Assembly (NCBI GenBank): GCA_040754655.1
Contig: JBFMCE010000031.1
Span: 1-38,890, forward strand
Source: Bdellovibrionota bacterium
Lineage (GTDB): Bacteria; Bdellovibrionota; UBA1018; UBA923
Reading direction: 5' to 3'
DNA length: 38,890 bases
The notes under the pieces: generated by a model
Told to the model about the DNA's origin: nothing
What the model saw: only the letters and a program-made list of their open reading frames with translations
Databases searched by the model: none
Shown here: positions 35,197-38,890 of the stretch, in pieces
Position numbering within the stretch: the stretch's first letter is position 1
Layout of the letters: each line of letters opens with the position of its first letter
Program-made: the position numbers and the translations under genes

Positions 35197-36338
35197 GATT
35201 GCGCGCTCAAATATTCTTTGGCGACCTCTTTTGCTATGATGAGTTTTTGGATTTCTGACGTGCCGCCGCCGATTTCATACAGCTTGGCGTCGCGGTAGTA
35301 ACGTTCGACGCGATATTCCGTCATATACCCGTACCCGCCGAGAATCTGGATGGCTTCATCGGCCGCTCGCACGGCTAGTTTTGAAAGCAAGAGTTTGATG
35401 ATCGCCGCGTCTTTGGTGATGCGCTCGCCATGAGCGAGCTTTTTCCGCAACCCCATGCAATAACTCTTGAGCACCTCGAACTCGGCGCCTATCTGCGCGA
35501 TCTTCTCTTGAATCAATTGATACTCGAGGATCGGATGGCCAAAAACTTTTCGGGTCGCCGAATACTTCACCATGATCGAAAGCAATTCATCGATGAGGCC
35601 CATGCCGATGCCAGAAAACGTGGCGCGTTCAAAATCGAGCGAATGCTTCATATCGATAAATGCGCGGCCTTCGGGCCCCAGCCTGGACTCAGCACCAACC
35701 TTGCAGTTTTCGAGAAAAATCTCTCCTGTAGGCGACGTTTTATGGCCCATCTTGCTCAAGGGCTTTCCCGTCGAGAGCCCCGGCAGCCCTCGCTCAAGGA
35801 TGAAGGCGCAGCCCCCTTCGATTCCCTTGGGTTCAGTTCCCTTGAGCCGTGCAAGCACGATGAAGTAGTCTGCCACAGGCGCATTGGTGATGAAGGTCTT
35901 CGAACCGTTGAGAACATAAGCATCCCCAACTTTCTCGGCTGTGGTTTTCGTGCCAACGGCGTCAGATCCCCCAGTGGGTTCTGTCAACGCCCAACAGCCG
36001 ATCTTAGAACCGTCTACGATGCCTGGCAGGTACTTCTTCTTTTGAGCATCCGTGCCATTTTTCAGAACATTGTTCCCAAACAGCACTGCGTTGGCCATCA
36101 CCGAAAGCGCAAAACCTAAGTCAACGCGGCCCATCTCCGCGACGATGTCGAGGTAGTTGTTGATATCGCCGTCACCGCCCCACTCTTCAGGCAGGAATGA
36201 GGCTCCGAAACCCGCTTTGAAAAAAGATCGGAACGCTTTTTCCGGGAAAGTCCCATCTTCGTTCATTTGATCGACCACGGGTACAAGTTCCGTTTTTAAA
36301 AACTTTCGCACCTGCTCTTGAGTCAAAGTGAGTGTCAT
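35193..36338 (-). CDS. Acyl-CoA dehydrogenase, isovaleryl-CoA dehydrogenase-like
   Basis: ALTEP.GGSD, LNGSKTFITN, LDFER (helix-G catalytic Glu as in IVD) and RDAKLYEIGGGTSEI (no Glu at the MCAD position). Confidence 0.92.
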   Translation of the reverse strand: MTLTLTQEQVRKFLKTELVPVVDQMNEDGTFPEKAFRSFFKAGFGASFLPEEWGGDGDINNYLDIVAEMGRVDLGFALSVMANAVLFGNNVLKNGTDAQKKKYLPGIVDGSKIGCWALTEPTGGSDAVGTKTTAEKVGDAYVLNGSKTFITNAPVADYFIVLARLKGTEPKGIEGGCAFILERGLPGLSTGKPLSKMGHKTSPTGEIFLENCKVGAESRLGPEGRAFIDMKHSLDFERATFSGIGMGLIDELLSIMVKYSATRKVFGHPILEYQLIQEKIAQIGAEFEVLKSYCMGLRKKLAHGERITKDAAIIKLLLSKLAVRAADEAIQILGGYGYMTEYRVERYYRDAKLYEIGGGTSEIQKLIIAKEVAKEYLSAQS

Positions 36339-36377
36339 ATAGAGATACTCTAAGGAAACAAATCGGTACCGACCAGC

Positions 36378-36399
36378 AAAAAAAACTCGCCGACGCGAG
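36378..36399 (-). terminator. Intrinsic terminator after the FecR-barrel gene
   Basis: CTCGC-GTCG-GCGAG followed by T8 on the minus strand. An alternative CGCCGAT/GTCGGCG stem is also possible. Confidence 0.65.
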
Positions 36400-36426
36400 G
36401 CAAAAATCAATCGGCGGCGCGCGGCA

Positions 36427-38325
36427 TTATAATTTAAATTGGCTCATGAAAAATGCAAGCGTCGCGTTTGATGGGTTCGAGCCATAAGCCTTTCCGGGCA
36501 TGAGGTAGCCTCCACCGACTTGCAGCAAAAGCGAAGGTCGCGCTTCATAAGTTATCCTGAGATCAAGCTCATGACCAAGATCACTTGATGAGGGGTCAAG
36601 GACGACCGGATACGCCGAATCATTTGTGCTCGCACGCATAAAGTAAGAATAATCAAAATCGACCAAGACAGGGCGTTCAAAAGCCAGAAACCGAAGAGAA
36701 GACGATCCGCCTAAACGGCGTATGTTACGGATCTGAGGAAACGCATTCACAATTCCCAAAAACCGATGCGAGTCTGGCAATAGAGGAAGGAAAGCGCTCG
36801 CACGCCCATCGTTCGGATCACTATCGCCGGACGCGTGCAAGAAGACAGCCCTGAGGTTGCCCGAAATGGGCTTGAGAGACCAGGTTGAACCCGCATCAGC
36901 GTAAGCCAGAAAGGCCAACAAACTTTTTTCCCGGGCCTCAACGCTCAACCCTCCTGTTTGAAGAGAAAGCTCTTCGTTGAGAAAAAAGCTTTCAGCAAAA
37001 ACAAGCTCAAGCCTTTCGCCCAAGAACCAATGATCGGTATCGATGTCTTTTGAGTTTAAGAGATTCGAATTCCCGCTTCGTTTCACCCAAAGAGCATAAA
37101 GATCAAGGGGCACGCCAGAAAAGTTAGCGTAGACGCCTGATAAAAAGTCTTCGAAATCACGCGTGGGCTTGCGATCATCTAAAATAGAAAAGAGCGCTCG
37201 AACACGTACCGGAGCCGACCGGTAGGTGGCCAACGCGCCGTCGAATCTGCGTGAGAAAGGAGTCCAGGGATCTCTTCCCACCATGAGCCCGTCGCCCAGG
37301 TGCCATTCTTGGCGCCCAAGCGCCAGAGAATGCGAAGAATGGTGTCGCACGAGCCAAAAAGCCTGTTGCAATGAACCGCCCACGGCGTCTGGATTCAAAT
37401 GGCCGGTCTTCAGGGCTGCGGCGCCTTCCACAAAGAAAAGATAATTCCTCGTAGGAACAGCCTTGGCGTTGAGAGACGCTTTCAAACTCAGATTCTGACC
37501 CGATCGTTTGCTTGCCCTCGACACGGCCGTTGAGGTCTCCATATGAGAAACCCTCGACCAAAGATCGCCGCCAAATGAAAGCAGTTGATACTCGGAATAA
37601 GACAATGCCGGATCAAGGTAGTCCACCGCGGTTGGCCCGTTCCAATCCCACGACGACCGAAGCACCCGCAGCCGGGTCGACGATGACTCGGTGAGATCGA
37701 GCGTTGTTTGCTTGCGCCACCAATCCATTTGGAGCCTATCCATGGCGACCGGTTCACTCATCTGTTGGCCGCGATCGACTACGATTCCCTGGTTGGCCGC
37801 GACAAGGCGCGAGTTCTCGGGATTGTCTAGGGCTGAGACCTCGACTTCGCCGTCAAAAGCGCAAACGACCGATCGATCTCGGTTGGCTTCAATCACAAAC
37901 TCGGTGCCACGCACGCCCATCAATGCATCGCGTGTTTTTATCTTGAAGGAATCTTGCGCGGAGGGCTTTGTCCTATTCACCAAGACCCTCATCCGTCCGG
38001 CGAAAATCTCGTACCAGCTCTTAAGTTGGTTCGACGCGGCGTTCGTCGGAATCGCAAATTCGGTGTTTTCTCCTAAAGTAACTTCGGTGTCTTTCTCGAG
38101 CTGGATCCGCGCTGAAGAAGCGCTACCGGTTTCAACAAGATCGCCTGGGATAAGCTCGACAGGGACGAGCTTCGGATCGACCTTCACTCGGCTTTTTTGC
38201 AACGAGACTCGGAATACCAAGCCCTGAATAGCTTCAATTGATGCCGCACCGGCCGCAGAACCCCAAAGGAACAAGATTACGGCGCAAAAGCTCACCCATA
38301 AGTGGATTTTGGAGTATTCTGTCAT
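36427..38325 (-). CDS. FecR-domain / alginate-export (AlgE-like) beta-barrel fusion protein
   Basis: Signal peptide; FecR motifs PGD.VETG, LGENT and FKIKT..A.MGVRGTEF..GEVEV; barrel motifs LGRQE..LGDG..VG...W....RRFDG, ASGD.DP.DG...F.PL.P..H and DLGHELDL. Confidence 0.8.
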   Translation of the reverse strand: MTEYSKIHLWVSFCAVILFLWGSAAGAASIEAIQGLVFRVSLQKSRVKVDPKLVPVELIPGDLVETGSASSARIQLEKDTEVTLGENTEFAIPTNAASNQLKSWYEIFAGRMRVLVNRTKPSAQDSFKIKTRDALMGVRGTEFVIEANRDRSVVCAFDGEVEVSALDNPENSRLVAANQGIVVDRGQQMSEPVAMDRLQMDWWRKQTTLDLTESSSTRLRVLRSSWDWNGPTAVDYLDPALSYSEYQLLSFGGDLWSRVSHMETSTAVSRASKRSGQNLSLKASLNAKAVPTRNYLFFVEGAAALKTGHLNPDAVGGSLQQAFWLVRHHSSHSLALGRQEWHLGDGLMVGRDPWTPFSRRFDGALATYRSAPVRVRALFSILDDRKPTRDFEDFLSGVYANFSGVPLDLYALWVKRSGNSNLLNSKDIDTDHWFLGERLELVFAESFFLNEELSLQTGGLSVEAREKSLLAFLAYADAGSTWSLKPISGNLRAVFLHASGDSDPNDGRASAFLPLLPDSHRFLGIVNAFPQIRNIRRLGGSSSLRFLAFERPVLVDFDYSYFMRASTNDSAYPVVLDPSSSDLGHELDLRITYEARPSLLLQVGGGYLMPGKAYGSNPSNATLAFFMSQFKL

Positions 38326-38338
38326 TATACTCAGACTT

Positions 38339-38869
38339 ATGCCGATCGAAAAACAACTGGTCAACGAGCAACTGAAAGCCATCGATGATTTTCATCGGTT
38401 CTTTACGAGTCGAGAGATAAAGTACCTTCCCGAGGTCTTGTCTGAAAACGAAATCGTAAACGCGATCACCAGCGGATTTTACCAAGGAAAAACATGGATC
38501 GTCGTCATCACGAACGCCCGCATCATCTTTCTTGATAAGGGATGGTTCTTTCGGTTGAGGCAGCTTGACTTGCCTCTCTCGCAGGTGAGCTCGGTCGCGC
38601 AGGCGATCGGCGTGTTTTTCGGGGAAATTGAAGTATCGACGCCTGCAGGAAAGCAAAAGATAAGCTCGATTCCCAAGAAAGACGTCATCAAAGTGAGCTC
38701 GATCTTGTCGGGGCTTATTCACAAGCTCAACACAAAACAACCCGCTCACAGCGGTCGGATGGATCTGGCGGCTCAGCTCGAGAAGGTCGCCTCGCTTCAT
38801 GAAAGAGGCTTTCTCACCGAGCAGGAATTTGAAGCCTCGAAAAAGAAGCTCCTGGATCCGCCGTTATAA
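38339..38869 (+). CDS. Bacterial PH-domain protein with a C-terminal SHOCT domain
   Basis: L.ENE.V...SG......VVITN.RIIF..KG......LPL..VSSV (PH) and QLEKVASLHERGFLTEQEFEASKKKLL (SHOCT). Confidence 0.88.
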   Translation: MPIEKQLVNEQLKAIDDFHRFFTSREIKYLPEVLSENEIVNAITSGFYQGKTWIVVITNARIIFLDKGWFFRLRQLDLPLSQVSSVAQAIGVFFGEIEVSTPAGKQKISSIPKKDVIKVSSILSGLIHKLNTKQPAHSGRMDLAAQLEKVASLHERGFLTEQEFEASKKKLLDPPL

Positions 38870-38890
38870 ATTAAATTTATTTATAAGTTC

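Noticed and set aside
38864..38886. AT-only palindrome TTATAAAT-N7-ATTTATAA at the right edge
   Set aside because: Low complexity and truncated context; it cannot be called a terminator, operator or dif-like site.
1..38890. Defence systems, prophage, IS elements, CRISPR, tRNA/rRNA
   Set aside because: No nuclease, integrase, transposase, reverse transcriptase, repeat-spacer array or cloverleaf recognised; the intergenic spaces are short and mostly explained.

Overview
Gene-dense bacterial chromosome segment with about 38 protein-coding genes. It is probably from Bdellovibrionota/Oligoflexia: this is an inference from the IF-1 sequence type, the Gly-tailed RRM proteins and the FecR-barrel fusion. 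I found no rRNA, tRNA, CRISPR array, transposase, integrase or phage genes. Left to right: (1) an RNA-chaperone/translation cluster of two head-on RRM paralogues sharing a perfect 80-nt inverted repeat, infA, a DEAD-box helicase and many hairpins; (2) a DUF421 pair, osmC, an NhaR-like LysR regulator, an MFS transporter, a lipid kinase and a lipidated barrel; (3) TetR-TolC-RND efflux genes with no adaptor; (4) TSUP, a Zn-ribbon membrane protein, a ferritin-like/ferritin-like/SDR operon and CIO-type cydAB; (5) DUF2071, an 821-aa multi-module His-rich metal-handling fusion, a thioesterase, an orphan histidine kinase and a GT4; (6) PHP plus a GT21 ceramide-glucosyltransferase-like gene, purK-purE, and an IVD-like dehydrogenase/carboxyltransferase/BKACE operon; (7) a FecR-AlgE-barrel fusion and a PH-SHOCT protein. 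The best leads are the terminator-gated RRM-infA / RRM-helicase module, a possible sigma54-like stress regulon whose products often end in Ala-Ala (candidate ClpXP degrons), the five-module copper-type fusion, and a BKACE pathway for a non-amino substrate. All family calls come from motif recognition by eye; no database searches were run.
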